Source: Octopus vulgaris
Taxonomy: Eukaryota
Assembly (NCBI GenBank): GCA_951406725.2
Contig: OX597833.1
Span: 43,028,001 to 43,092,000 of the forward strand
DNA length: 64,000 nucleotides
Direction: 5' to 3'
In this document: positions 26,201-38,585 of the stretch, piece after piece
How positions within the stretch are numbered: the stretch's first letter is position 1
Layout: each line of letters starts with the position of its first letter
The notes under the pieces: generated by a model
What the model saw: only the letters and a program-made list of their open reading frames with translations
Told to the model about the DNA's origin: nothing
Databases searched by the model: none
Made by a program: the position numbers and the translations under genes

Positions 26201-26339
26201 ATACCAGTTTTGAATTATGACATCTTTACACTCATATTTCGGTAGTTTTCTCATTTCCAAATAACACCCAATTATTCTTTTGACTTTTCTAGAATGTTCA
26301 CTTGAAGCCGTGAACAGTAGAGAGGCGTGAGGTAGGAGA

Positions 26340-27373
26340 GAAAGAAAGAGAGAGAGAGAGAGTGAACGGAGAGGAGAGAGGGAGAGAGACAGCGAATAAG
26401 AGTGAGAGAGGGAGAATAGATTCTTGGAGTAGAGAGGGAGAGAGAGAGGGAGGGAGAGAGAAAGAAAGAGAGAGGAACAGAGGGGAGAGAGGGAGAGAGA
26501 CAGAGAATAAGAATGAGAGAGAGAGAATAGATTCTAGGAGTAGAGAGGGAGAGAGGGAGGGGGAAGGAGAGAGAAAGAAAGAGAGAGGGAACAGAGGGGA
26601 GAGAGGGAGAGAGAGACAGAGAATAAGAATGAGAGAGGGAGAATAGATTCTAGAAGTAGAGAAGGAGAGAGAGACGGTAGAAATGCAAAGGAGAAAGATT
26701 AGGGAGGCATAAGAGTGTCAGGGTGTGTTTGGGAGTATGCGTGTGGTTGCGCGCGCGTGTAGAATGGCGTAGAGAGAGAATAGAGAGCCAGTAGAGGCAC
26801 AGTAAAGACGGAGAGACAAAGAGAGAGAGAGAGTGTGTGTGTGTGTGTTTAAATACGGCAGATGGGCAGCCAAGTGAGAGCGGGCGCGCGAGAGAGAGAG
26901 AGGCAGATAGGTACAGAAGGAGGGAGAGAGTAAGGGAGAGAGGAGAGGGAGAGATACTGACAGACAGAGACAGAGTGAGAGAGAGAGAATAATACTCAGA
27001 CAGACAGCAGGGAGAGAGAGAGTGTGTGTGTGTGTGTGTGTGTATGAGTGAGAGAGAGAGAGACAAAGAGTGGGGGTAAAGAGGCAGAGAGACAGCGATA
27101 GCAGGAAGGAGGTGGACAGAATGAGAGACAGCTGTGAGGGTAACCACCGATGAATATAAAGAGTAGAGAGTAGAGAGTAGAGAGGGATAAAAAGGGAGAG
27201 AGGGAGGGAGATAGAGAGAGAGCAGGAGTGAGAGGGAACAGGAGAGAGAGAGGAGCTGGAAAGAGAGGATGAGCTAGAGAAAGAGAAGAGAGAGGGGCTA
27301 AAGAGAGAGAGGGTAGAAGGAAAGTGCGAGAGAGAGACAGAGAGTTAGAGAGAGAGAGAGAAAGACAGAGAGT

Positions 27374-27416
<43 letters not shown>

Positions 27417-27542
27417 CTGAGAGAAGAGGGAGTTGGGAGCGGAGAGAGTTGAGAGAGGGGATAGTAAATAGAAAGGTGAGTCAAGAGGCAATAGATACAG
27501 TAAAGATAAACTAGAGGAGAGACAGTAAGAGATAGAGACAGA

Positions 27543-27575
<33 letters not shown>
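26340..27575. repeat. Polypurine (GA)n-rich tract with a ~120-bp tandem unit (about 3 copies, 26340-26670)
   Basis: gaataagaatgagagag..gaatagattct recurs near 26394, 26504 and 26621. Confidence 0.85.
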
Positions 27576-27890
27576 TGTGTGACTGAAGTACAATGTAGAG
27601 AGCAGAGAGAGACATTATAGAAAAAAGGAAACAATTTCTTATATGAACATACGACGCAAAGTCGATCTCAACACGGTTTGAACTCACTACAAAAAAAGAA
27701 AAAAAAGGATGCCACAAAATATCACAAGGTATTGTGTCAGTCACTTCACCCTACATGCCAAGCAAATAAATTATTTGTGAAAAAGTTGTTAAAAAAAAAG
27801 GAATATAAAAAATTACATTATATGTCCGCTACCACAACTTGTTTCTAATCTTCCTCATAGCTCTCACGTCCATTAGTTTCTCGCCTCTCT

Positions 27891-28352
27891 TACCTCTTAG
27901 GCCAATCACTCATCAACTTTTTCGAGTACCACTTGAAAAGGAAGAGAGGCAGGTTTTGTCTTGTAAAAGTTAAAAAAAAAGGTGGGTGAATGTAGCAAAG
28001 ATGGTGCGTGCGATCGACGAAACCACTTTGAGCATGATCCTGTAAATCGAAAAAAAAAAAGAGAGAGCACTTTGCTCTCATGTGTTTATTCCCTCCCTGC
28101 CTGAGATTACCGTGGTCTTTTCTGTAGGCTTTTCTTTCCACGGATAAGCCTAATCTTGCTTCTTACATTTAAAAAATTTCTTCTGTGACACACGATCCCT
28201 TTTGATCGCCTTTTTTTTCCCGACGCTTTTGAGCGGAACTTTACATTTTTTCTGTTCTTTTTTTCTTTTTCTTTTTCCTTTTCGACAAGAAAAGCTCTAC
28301 ATTTGTATTTGTACCCTCTGTGTTCAGCCCTATGTGGCCAATAAAGAAAGTT
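27891..28352 (+). mobile_element. Tx1/L1-like LINE 3' fragment
   Basis: Homologous to 28930-29330 and 35880-36360; ends gtggccaataaagaaag. Confidence 0.8.
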
Positions 28353-29335
28353 ATCTGTGGATCAAAAAGAGGCCGAAGAAGGGCGAATGGCACCGCGAGT
28401 GTCGCGTTTTTCTCGAGCAATTATGCCGTCCCGGGTCGACTTTGAGCGACTGCAACACAACCAAAGCATTATTTAGGGGATTTGTGCAGGGGAGGTACGA
28501 CGACGATTTCGGGGCGAACTTGGGCGTCGACGAGGAATATCTGATCTGCCTGTACAAGACGACCCACGGGCCGGGACCTATGGATAACTTCCAGAGGTCC
28601 CTGGCCTGGCAGTGCTATCGAGTAGCTCTATCCGTTCATGATAAGCTCTATAGACAGGGCTCGAGAAACACGAGGCCGACCTGCCCGAGATGCGGTAGAG
28701 CGACGAAACCGTTCTGCATGCACTGGTACAGTGTCCAACGACCCGTTGGCCTATCTCGAATGACTGCTATCGCGTGTGGGACGAGTCAGTTTATCAACCG
28801 AGTCTATCGTGAATATTGTCACGCCTCCTTCCTTGAAACGGGAAGGAAGAGCCATTTTCATCGTACTTGTGGCTATGGCGAAAGAATGTGTATGGTGGAC
28901 GCGTCTGGAAGGTCTAGAGACAAACACTTTCCTCTCTGGTGAATCTCTCAGCAACTTCTTCAAGTACCATTTGAAGAGGAAGGTTAGCGTAGAGAGGGGA
29001 GTTTTGTCTAGCGACTGTTTCAATAAACATGGGGGTACGTAGCAAGGATGGCACGTGTGAATGACGGAGTCACCATGAACGTAATCCTATGAACTGGAAA
29101 AAGAAAGGAAAAAAGTGAGTCATTTACTGTAATGTGTTTTTTGCATGACATTATTGCCCGAGGTTACTGTGGTCTTTTCTGTAGACTTTTCCTTCCACAG
29201 ATAAACCTAATCTGTTTTCCCTTTTAAATTATTATGACATTTCTGTGATACACGATTTCTATTGATCAGCTTTCTTTTTATTATTTTTTTTTTTTGCTTC
29301 TTTCCACGATCCCTTTTGATCGAAATTCTAACCGG
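28353..29335 (+). mobile_element. Tx1/L1-like LINE 3' fragment with degenerate ORF2 C-terminus
   Basis: RSLAWQCYR..DKLY..PTCPRCG zinc-finger region and MAKECVWWTR..FFKYHLKRK, ORF ending near 29092, then a T-rich 3' UTR. Confidence 0.85.
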
Positions 29336-29519
29336 CTGGTAGTTTTTACCACATTATAGAGTATCCTAGCTACAATATATTGTGTCATCGGTAGATAATA
29401 CCGTGATAACACTATGGTACAACTGCTTATGATCTGGGTAATATCTTCAGTGTGAATTCCACAAAGTCTGCATCGGCTTTTCCTGCATCTCTATCTTTTT
29501 TGTGCATCAGGTACTTGGT

Positions 29520-29880
29520 TGTATGTATGTATGTATGTATGTATGTAGGTATGTATGTATGTATGTATGTATGTGTGTATGTATGTATGTATGTATGTAT
29601 GTATGTATGTATGTATGTATGTATGTATGTATGTATGTATGTATGTATGTATGTATGTATGTATGTATGGATGAATGTATGTATGTATGTATGTGTGTAT
29701 GTATGTATGTGTGTATGTATGTATGTATGTATGTATGTGTGTATGTATGTATGTATGTATGTATGGATGAATGTATCACCAACAACATTTGAACGCTGCG
29801 TCCGCAGTGCTGCTGCTGATGGTGTTGCTGCTACTACTACTACTACTACTACTGCTACTACTACTACTACTGCAACTTCG

Positions 29881-29966
<86 letters not shown>

Positions 29967-29980
29967 CAGTAGTAGTTACT
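29520..29980. repeat. (TATG)n followed by an inverted (CTA)n/(TAG)n microsatellite
   Basis: Direct reading. Confidence 0.9.
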
Positions 29981-30429
29981 GGAGCAGCAAACAAAAGTGC
30001 CGTCAATTACGTTACTGAAGGACTATTCAACCCCGTGGAGCATGGCGTGATGGAGGTGTCTACTTGGAAAGTAGCGTATGATGTTAAAAGGCCCCAAAAC
30101 TGTGAGATCCCGAAAACACTGCTAGTGATGCATCACAGAGCTTCGGTGAGATCCATGTTAAAACATATTTATACGTGTGTGTGCGCGCGCGTGCGTTTAC
30201 GAGCGAGTGTGCTTGTGTGTGTGCTTATGTGTGTGTGCTTGTGTTTGTGTATGTGCTCATTTGTGTGTGTGCGTGTGTGCGTGTATGTGTATGAGTGTTT
30301 TTATTAATAATTGCCAGAAGTTAGAGTAACTCAGGGTCCGAAGGTTTCGTTCACACACACACACACATACACATATACGCACATACACCCACAAGCACAC
30401 ATACAGTCATATATATATGTGTGTACCAT

Positions 30430-30800
30430 TCTGTCTGTGTTTGTTCCACGCCACCACTTGACAACCGGTGTTAGTGTGTTTATGTCTCTGTAACTTAGCA
30501 GTTCGGCTAACGGAATCGATAGCTTTAAAAAATGTACTGGGGTCGATTTGTTCAATTAAAATTCTTCAAAGCGTTGCCCCAGCATGACTGCAGATTCTTT
30601 TATTCTTCTATTTGTTTCAGTTATATGACTGCAGCCATGCTGGTGTACCACTTTTAGTCGAACAATCGACCCCAAGACTTACAATTTGTAAGCCTGGTAC
30701 TTATTCTATTGGTCCCTTTTGTCGAACCGCTAAGTTACGGGGATGTAAACACACCAACATCGATTGTCAAGCGATAGTGGGGGAGAAACACAGACACACA

Positions 30801-30859
<59 letters not shown>

Positions 30860-31197
30860 CAAGCTTCTTTCAGTTTCCGTCTACCAAATCCACTCACAAG
30901 GCTTTGGTCGGCCCGAGGCTATAACAGAAGACACTTGCCCAAGGTGCCACGCAGCGAGACTGAACTGGGAACCACGTGGTTGGTAAGCAAGCTACTTACC
31001 ACACACCCACCCAGCGCCTATATGTATACATAGTGATATATACAACGGGCTTTTTTCAGTTTCCTTCTACCAAATCCACTCACAAGATCCAAGACTATCG
31101 TAGAAGAAACTTGGTAAAGGTGTCACGCAGTGGGACTGAACCCGGAACCATGTGTTTGAGAAGAAAAGGTCTTACCACAGAAGCACTCCTGCACCTA
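30430..31197. mobile_element. Cluster of SINE family B pieces (+ tail 30430-30595, - copy 30595-31018, - head 31040-31197)
   Basis: Similarity to full family B copies. Confidence 0.85.
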
Positions 31198-31369
31198 TAA
31201 CGAAAAAATGCCGCATGAAAGGCAAAGTGGATTTTAGCGGGCGCTCTTGCTACTGCAGTGAAATTCTAACATTGGCACTAGGCCAAATGATCAATGGCTC
31301 TTTCCGAGTCATTGGCTCATCAGGCCGGTTTCCTGAATTCTGTGATATGTATTGTTTATCGCTGGACGA

Positions 31370-31835
31370 GACGCCAGTCTGTCGCAGGTTTATCAATTTT
31401 TGGCAGCTGAAATTAAATGTTTTGTTCAAGAACAACGCATCACTCAGTCAAAGAATCGAAAAAAAATTCTGTCGATCATGAATGCAACTCCTTAACCACT
31501 AAGCCACGCACCTTCACCCACACATACACACACACTTTTGTTTTAATCTTTGCAGGAGCACCTCTTTGAAGAATTTTCTTTCAGTTGAACATCTGCTACG
31601 TAAACATGCCAACACCGATTGCCAAATGGTAACGGAGGAGAAACACAGGCACAGGGCTACACACATATATTAAAGGAAGTTTCTTTCAGTTTCCATCTAC
31701 CAAACCCATTCACAGGGGCTTGGTTGACCCGGGACTATAATAGAAGACGTTTGCATAATGTGCTACACAGTGAGACCGAACTCAGAAGGTTGTGGTAAGG
31801 AAGTAAAGTTCTTACCACACAGCCACAACTGCGCT
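31370..31835 (-). mobile_element. Degenerate SINE C-like fragment (31370-31520) and SINE B copy (31555-31835)
   Basis: ctggacgagacgccagtctgtcgcagg, taaccactaagccacgc, ttcagtttccatctaccaaa motifs. Confidence 0.65.
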
Positions 31836-31902
31836 ATATATATGAGTTTGGCAGAACAAGCAGGAGAAATAAAATAAAAGAAATAAAAAGTATACACTTT
31901 TC

Positions 31903-32013
31903 TATTCTGCCCATTAAATCATTAAAAAAAGTGACCTTTTTATTCTGGCCATTAAATTCATTAAAAAAAGTGACTTTTTTTAAATTCTGGCCATTAAATT
32001 CATTAAAAAAGTG
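31903..32013. repeat. ~39-bp tandem repeat, 3 copies
   Basis: ttctggccattaaattcattaaaaaaagtg repeated. Confidence 0.85.
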
Positions 32014-32780
32014 TATGTGTGCGTGCGTGTGTGTGCGTGTGTGTGTGTGTGTGGGGTACATATCTATGTATATATCTGATATCAACTGGACTTCCTTTTG
32101 CTTCCTGTCTTTATCTCTTCTAAATCACGCATGCACATCCTAACCCCACTACACAAACACACTCTTTCACTGACTGCTTTCTCCACCCATCTCATCAACT
32201 TCTATCCTCCATGAAACAAACGATGATCTCCCACATTGACATTCAAAGGGTAAAGAAGCTTTATGTCAATGGATGTATGCATATATGTATGTATTTATGT
32301 ATGTATGAGTACTGCATATGCATGTGTCTGAAGATGTATGTCCTGTCTTTTTTCAATTGTGTTTATGGGTGTCTGTCTATGTACGTAGGTAAGTGACAAA
32401 ACATTTATATGTCGTGAAAGTGTGTATATGTATATATAAAGTACACATTTGTGTGTATATGTATATATAAAGTACACGTTTGTGTGTATATGCGTGTATG
32501 TTGCATGTGTGCTCCGTAAGTTTATCTGTTTGTGGGTAATGTCTGTATGAAGATGTATGTATGGATGTATAAGTATGCATGTAAGTATATTTGGGTATGA
32601 TTTGCATCTTTTCTGTGTGTGTATGTGTGTGTGTGCGTGTGTATGTGTGTGTGTGTGTGGTGTGAGTATAAAAGTATATTTCTAGGTGTATGTGTGTATA
32701 CGTATGCAAGAGCGTATATGTGTGGAAATGAGTATTTGTGCGTATGCATATGTGGATATAAACTATGTGCATGCGCCTAT

Positions 32781-32821
<41 letters not shown>

Positions 32822-33019
32822 AATACACACACACACATATATATATATATACACACATATATATATGTATATATATATATATATGAATATATATATGTGT
32901 GAATATATATGTATATAGAGATGTCTAGGTATATATATATATATATATATACATGTATATATATATATATATGTATATATTTATATATATTTAGATATAC
33001 ATATATATATGTGTGTATA

Positions 33020-33064
<45 letters not shown>

Positions 33065-33549
33065 TATATATGTGCATGTTCGCATGTGGTTAATATGGTT
33101 ATGTGGGTATACGGTTGTCAATGTTGATTTCTCTGTATGTGTAGACTTTTAAGGTTTACGCACACATACACGCGCGTGCGCCCGCACACAGATACGCTAA
33201 CACAGACACACAGACACACACACGGGTACTTAATGGGTATATATCTGAAAGTGCATGCATTCTCTTAGTGGAAGAATGAATGGCAACGCCCATGACATTT
33301 GCAGGGCTATAGTAAACTACGAATCACGGGTTAATTATTAATTCGATCCTGTAACCCAACTAGTTGATGATGAAGACACAACGGCGACGACGACGACCAC
33401 GACGACGCTGACTACGACGACGACGAAGATGACGATGACGACGACGAAGATGACGTTCAGTACCAGGCCGACTATGACTGAGCCCAGCCATCAGCAATGG
33501 TGATTCTACGCACGTTTGAGATCTGTGTTAAAAATATTTGTGTATGTAC

Positions 33550-33574
33550 GCATGCATGTATGTATGTATGTATG

Positions 33575-33608
<34 letters not shown>

Positions 33609-33736
33609 TGTATGTATGTATGTATGTATGTATGTATATATGTATGTATGTATGCATGCATGCATGTATGTATGTATGTATGTATGTATGTATGTGTGTG
33701 TATGTATATATGTATGTATGTAAGTATGTATGTATG

Positions 33737-33767
<31 letters not shown>

Positions 33768-33832
33768 GTATGTATGTATGTATGTATGTGTGTGTGTATG
33801 TATATATGTATGTATGTAAGTATGTATGTAAG

Positions 33833-33863
<31 letters not shown>

Positions 33864-34004
33864 GTATGTATGTATGTATGTATGTATGTATGTATGTGTG
33901 TATGTATGTATGCATGTATGTATGTATGTATGTATGTATGTATGTATGTATGTGTGTGTGTGTGTATGTATATATGTATGTATGTAAGTATGTATGTATG
34001 TATG

Positions 34005-34035
<31 letters not shown>

Positions 34036-34060
34036 GTATGTATGTATGTATGTATGTAGG
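33550..34060. repeat. (TATG)n microsatellite array
   Basis: Direct reading. Confidence 0.95.
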
Positions 34061-34340
34061 TAAAACTTACTTGGAAATGGATGCGTGGCGTTCGATATAT
34101 AATAACAAGATAATATATAAACGTATGCATATATACATACATATATCTACATACCTACATCTATATGTATATATACATGCATATATGAGCACGGGACACC
34201 AACAAAACAATGAACACAATGAGAAACGAAAACATAAAAACAAAAACATGGAAACAAATTTTTTTTCAAACAATGAAAAAGCAGTTGTCCCTGTTTCGTC
34301 TACTCAGCGTTTCGTATGTATGTATGTATATATGTATGTA

Positions 34341-35631
34341 CGAGGGGCGTTCAATAAGTAATGCCCCTGACCCACTTCTCATAGCAGTAGAGCAACGAAA
34401 CTTGGCACAGTTATTAGTCTTTTTCTACATAGGAACCACCCAGAGTTACGCATTTCTCCCATCGTTTGATGCAGCTCTGAAGACCGTTTTTGTAGAAGAC
34501 CCCAGCTTGGTCCTCCAACCACGACGTGGCTTCAGAAATCAAGGCTGCATCATCTGGGAAACGCTTTCCTTTCAAAAACATCTTCATGGGTGGGAAGAGG
34601 TGAAAATCAGAGGGTGCAAGGGCAGGAGAGTAGGGGGATGGGAAATGAGTTCATAGCCGCACGCCTGTGCTTCTGATCTGGCAACACGCGAGTTGTGAAC
34701 CGGAAAATTGTCCTGCAAGAGGAGGATGACTTTGCTGATCTTGCCCTGCCTTTTGATTTTGATAGCTTCTCTTAATTTCCTCAAAAGTGAAGCATAATAG
34801 GCTCCTGTAATTGTGGCACCCTTTGCCAGGAAATCTGTCATCAGTACTCCGTCCTGGTCCCAGAAGACTGTGAGCATGACCTTGCCAGCAGAGGGCTGCA
34901 CCCTTGCCTTCTTTGGAGGAGGTGAGTCACGGTGTGTCCACTGCATTGACTGGGCTTTGGTCTCTGGATCATAGTGATGGACCCAGGTTTCATCCTGTGT
35001 AATCAGTCTTTTGAAAAATTTTGACTCATCTTCTTGGCACATCTCCAAATTCATCCTCGAGCAATCGTCACGTTCTTGCTTCTGGAAAGATGTGAGCAAC
35101 CTGCGAATCCATCTGGCAGGCAGCTTTTGCATATGCAAATGGTCATGAATGATAGTTTCCACCGACCCGGTACTAATCTTGACCTCATGGGCTATTTGGC
35201 GAATAGTTATGCGTCGATCGTCCAAAATGGCAGCCTCAACATGACGGACAGATGCCTCATCAATGGCAGAAGGGGGCGACCAGATCTGGGAGCTGTTTCC
35301 ACAGAGTTCCGACCATGTTTGAATTCACGATGCCAGCGTTTTACAAGGTCACATGATGGGGCATCATCACCATAAGTTACTTTCATTTCATCAAAAGTCT
35401 CCCGTGGTATGCGTTCTTTCAAATACAAAAACCGGATCACTGCTCGACACTCAACAGGCTCCATTTCACACTTGACTCAGTTCAAACACCTGTAAATCAG
35501 AAACCACAATTAATTCAGAGCTGTAATTTGCCACTTAATCTATAAAGATGTAAATAATTGTACATGCAAAATTTCAGCTAGATAAAATAACTGCAAGTGG
35601 GTCAGAAGCATTACTTATCGAACGCCCCTCG
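34341..35631 (-). mobile_element. Full-length mariner transposon (~1.29 kb)
   Basis: ~37-bp TIRs cgaggggcgttcaataagtaatgcccctgacccactt / aagtgggtcagaagcattacttatcgaacgcccctcg, TA on both sides. Confidence 0.96.
34414..35464 (-). pseudogene. Mariner transposase pseudogene (frameshifted)
   Basis: MEPVECRAVIRFLYLK.., RSGRP, ITQDETWVHHYDPETK, SAGKVMLTVFWD, LLQDN, ends SYVEKD*. Confidence 0.93.
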
Positions 35632-35681
35632 TATGCATGTATGTATGTATGCATGTATGTATATATCTATGTATGCATGTA

Positions 35682-35714
<33 letters not shown>

Positions 35715-35728
35715 ATCTGTCTGTCTGT

Positions 35729-35772
<44 letters not shown>

Positions 35773-35819
35773 TTATCTATCTATCTGTCTATCTATTTAT
35801 CTATCTATCTGTCTATCTA

Positions 35820-36362
35820 TGTGGCTATGGCGAAAGAATGTATCTGGTGGACGCGCCTGAAAGGATTAGAGACAAACACTTTCCTCTCTGGTCAATCTCT
35901 CATCAACTTCTTCAAGTATCACTTGAAGAGGAAAGTGAGAGTAGAGAGGCAAGTTTTGTCTAGTGAATGTTTTAAAAAAAGATGGGTGAATGTAGCAAGG
36001 ATGGCACGTATGAATGACAAAGCCACCTTGACTATGATCCTATGAACCGTAAAAATTAATACAAAGAGTTGCTTATTTGTAAAAAAAAATTTTTTTAATA
36101 TAACATGTGACTTGATTGACTGAGGTTACCGTGGTCTTTTCCGTAGGCTTTTCTTTCCACCTGTCCTCCCCTTTTACACTTTATATTGACATTTCTGTGA
36201 TAACGATCCCTATTGATCAATTTTTTTCCCCTTTTGTTTTTTTTTTGTTTTTTATCCCCCCCTTTTTTTGACCTCTTTCTTTCCTTTTACGATCCCTTTT
36301 GATCGAAAACCAAACCCCCTTTTTTACCCCCAAAAGAAAAGCTCTACCTTGTAATTTGTCCT
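35820..36362 (+). mobile_element. Tx1/L1-like LINE 3' fragment within (TCTA)n
   Basis: [41 protein letters not shown] then a T-rich UTR; (TCTA)n/(TCTG)n on both sides. Confidence 0.85.
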
Positions 36363-36383
36363 GTCTGTCTATCTATCTGTCTG

Positions 36384-36438
<55 letters not shown>

Positions 36439-36497
36439 GTCTTTCTGTCTGTCTGTCTCTATCTATTTATCTATCTATCTATCTGTCTATATGTCTG

Positions 36498-36576
<79 letters not shown>

Positions 36577-36634
36577 GTCTGTTTGTCTGTCTGTCTGTCT
36601 ATCTGTCTGTCTCTATCTATCTATCTATCTAATT

Positions 36635-36850
36635 AGGCGTAGCTGCTTGGCTGCGAAGCTTGCCTTCTAACCATGTGATCTGTGGATCAGTCCCTCTGCA
36701 TGGCACAGTACCTCTTCAGGTCAACCAAAACATTGTAAGTGGATTTTGGTTGTTGACGGAAGCTGAAAGAAGCTCGTCGTGTATGTTTGTTTTCCATCCC
36801 CTTCCCCACGACCACCTGGCTACCAGTGTTGGTTTGTTTACGTCCACTTA
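36635..36850 (+). mobile_element. Degenerate SINE family B
   Basis: aagcttgccttctaaccatgtg..gacggaagctgaaagaagctcgtcgt. Confidence 0.7.
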
Positions 36851-36992
36851 ATTGAAGGGCTGGAGAGAGAGAGAGAGAGATGAGGGAGGAAGGGACACAG
36901 GGAAAGATACAAGGGAATTAACGAAGGAACGTAGGGAGATTAAAGAAAGAGTATACCAATGTGAGAGAGGGGCAGGGTGAAAAAGAAAAGAG

Positions 36993-37058
<66 letters not shown>

Positions 37059-37150
37059 ATGAGGGAGATAAATTGAATATTAATTTAATTAATATCAATT
37101 TAAAACCAGTAGCCTAGCGTACAAAAATCTGAAAAATCAGAGAAAATTCT

Positions 37151-37274
37151 AATACATGTATATATTTTGAGGGCTAAAAACCACTATGTGGATAGCCATA
37201 TGCTAGAAGTGATCTATTTCTAGCATATGGCTGTCCACATAGTGGTTTTTAGCCCTTAAAATATACACATGTAT
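37151..37274. repeat. ~120-bp hairpin palindrome near (TA)n
   Basis: gggctaaaaaccactatgtggatagccatatgctagaa / ttctagcatatggctgtccacatagtggtttttagccc. Confidence 0.85.
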
Positions 37275-37938
37275 ATATATATATATATATTTATATGTAT
37301 CCATGTATGATTATATGTCCTTTTAGAGTGTGTATATTTGCAAAACTGTATTTGGCTTTGATAGTCTGTACGTCATGTAATGACGGTCATACACGTATGT
37401 GTGTAAGAATATACGAGTTCATATTCCTTGTTATTTTTTCCCTATTAAATAGCTGGAATGTGTGCCCTTTACGTATATATATATAATGTGTATGTGTGTT
37501 TATATTTTCAAACATACCTATGTATGAATACATACCTAAATGCGTATATAGGTGCGTGTATGTATATGTAGATAATAGCATATCTATAATGCATGAAATT
37601 ATATGAGTCAGAGTACACACGGGTGGTTTTATAGGTATAAATGTGGCGTGTCTGTGTACACACATGCACGCGCGCACACGCACACACACACACACGCACA
37701 TAGTATATATGTATTTATATATATATATATATATATGCACAGTCATATTACTTGCAAACGTATAATGTATAACTATTAGTACATAAAGTGCATGTATGTA
37801 TATGTATGTTTGTATGTATGTTCGTACGTACGTATATACGTATGTGTGTGTGCGTGTATATATATATATATATATATACATATTTGAATGTGCTTATATA
37901 TATATCTCTTTATCTCTCCCTTTCTCTCTCTATATATG

Positions 37939-37984
<46 letters not shown>

Positions 37985-38089
37985 CATGTACATATATTCA
38001 TAAATACATACACTTATATATACATGTGCACATGTATATACATATACATATACACAAAGATGCATATACGTATACAAGAATATACATAC

Positions 38090-38152
<63 letters not shown>

Positions 38153-38273
38153 CATATATATATATATAGGTGTATGTTTGTATGTGTGTGCATGTGTGCC
38201 TGTGTACATGCGTGTGTATATGTATAGTATGTGTGTGTGCGTGTGTATGTTTGTGTGTGTGTGTGTGCGTGTG

Positions 38274-38311
<38 letters not shown>

Positions 38312-38585
38312 TGTATGCGCTCACACGCAAAACATGTACATTTACATACACGCACATATGTAGTTATGTGTGTGTGTGCGAGAGAGTTAAAGAGAGAGAG
38401 AGTATGTGTGTGCACGTGTGCATTGTCCTTTAGAAATGTCAAAACTGTTGTAATGTCCTGGTGGTGGTGGTGGATGGTAAATGGTCGTGGTGTGTATTTA
38501 ACAGTTGGGATATGAACATAATGTTGTTAATGAAACAATGCATTGCGCAGTGGTGGTGAATAGAAGAGCGCGATAAAGAGAGTTC

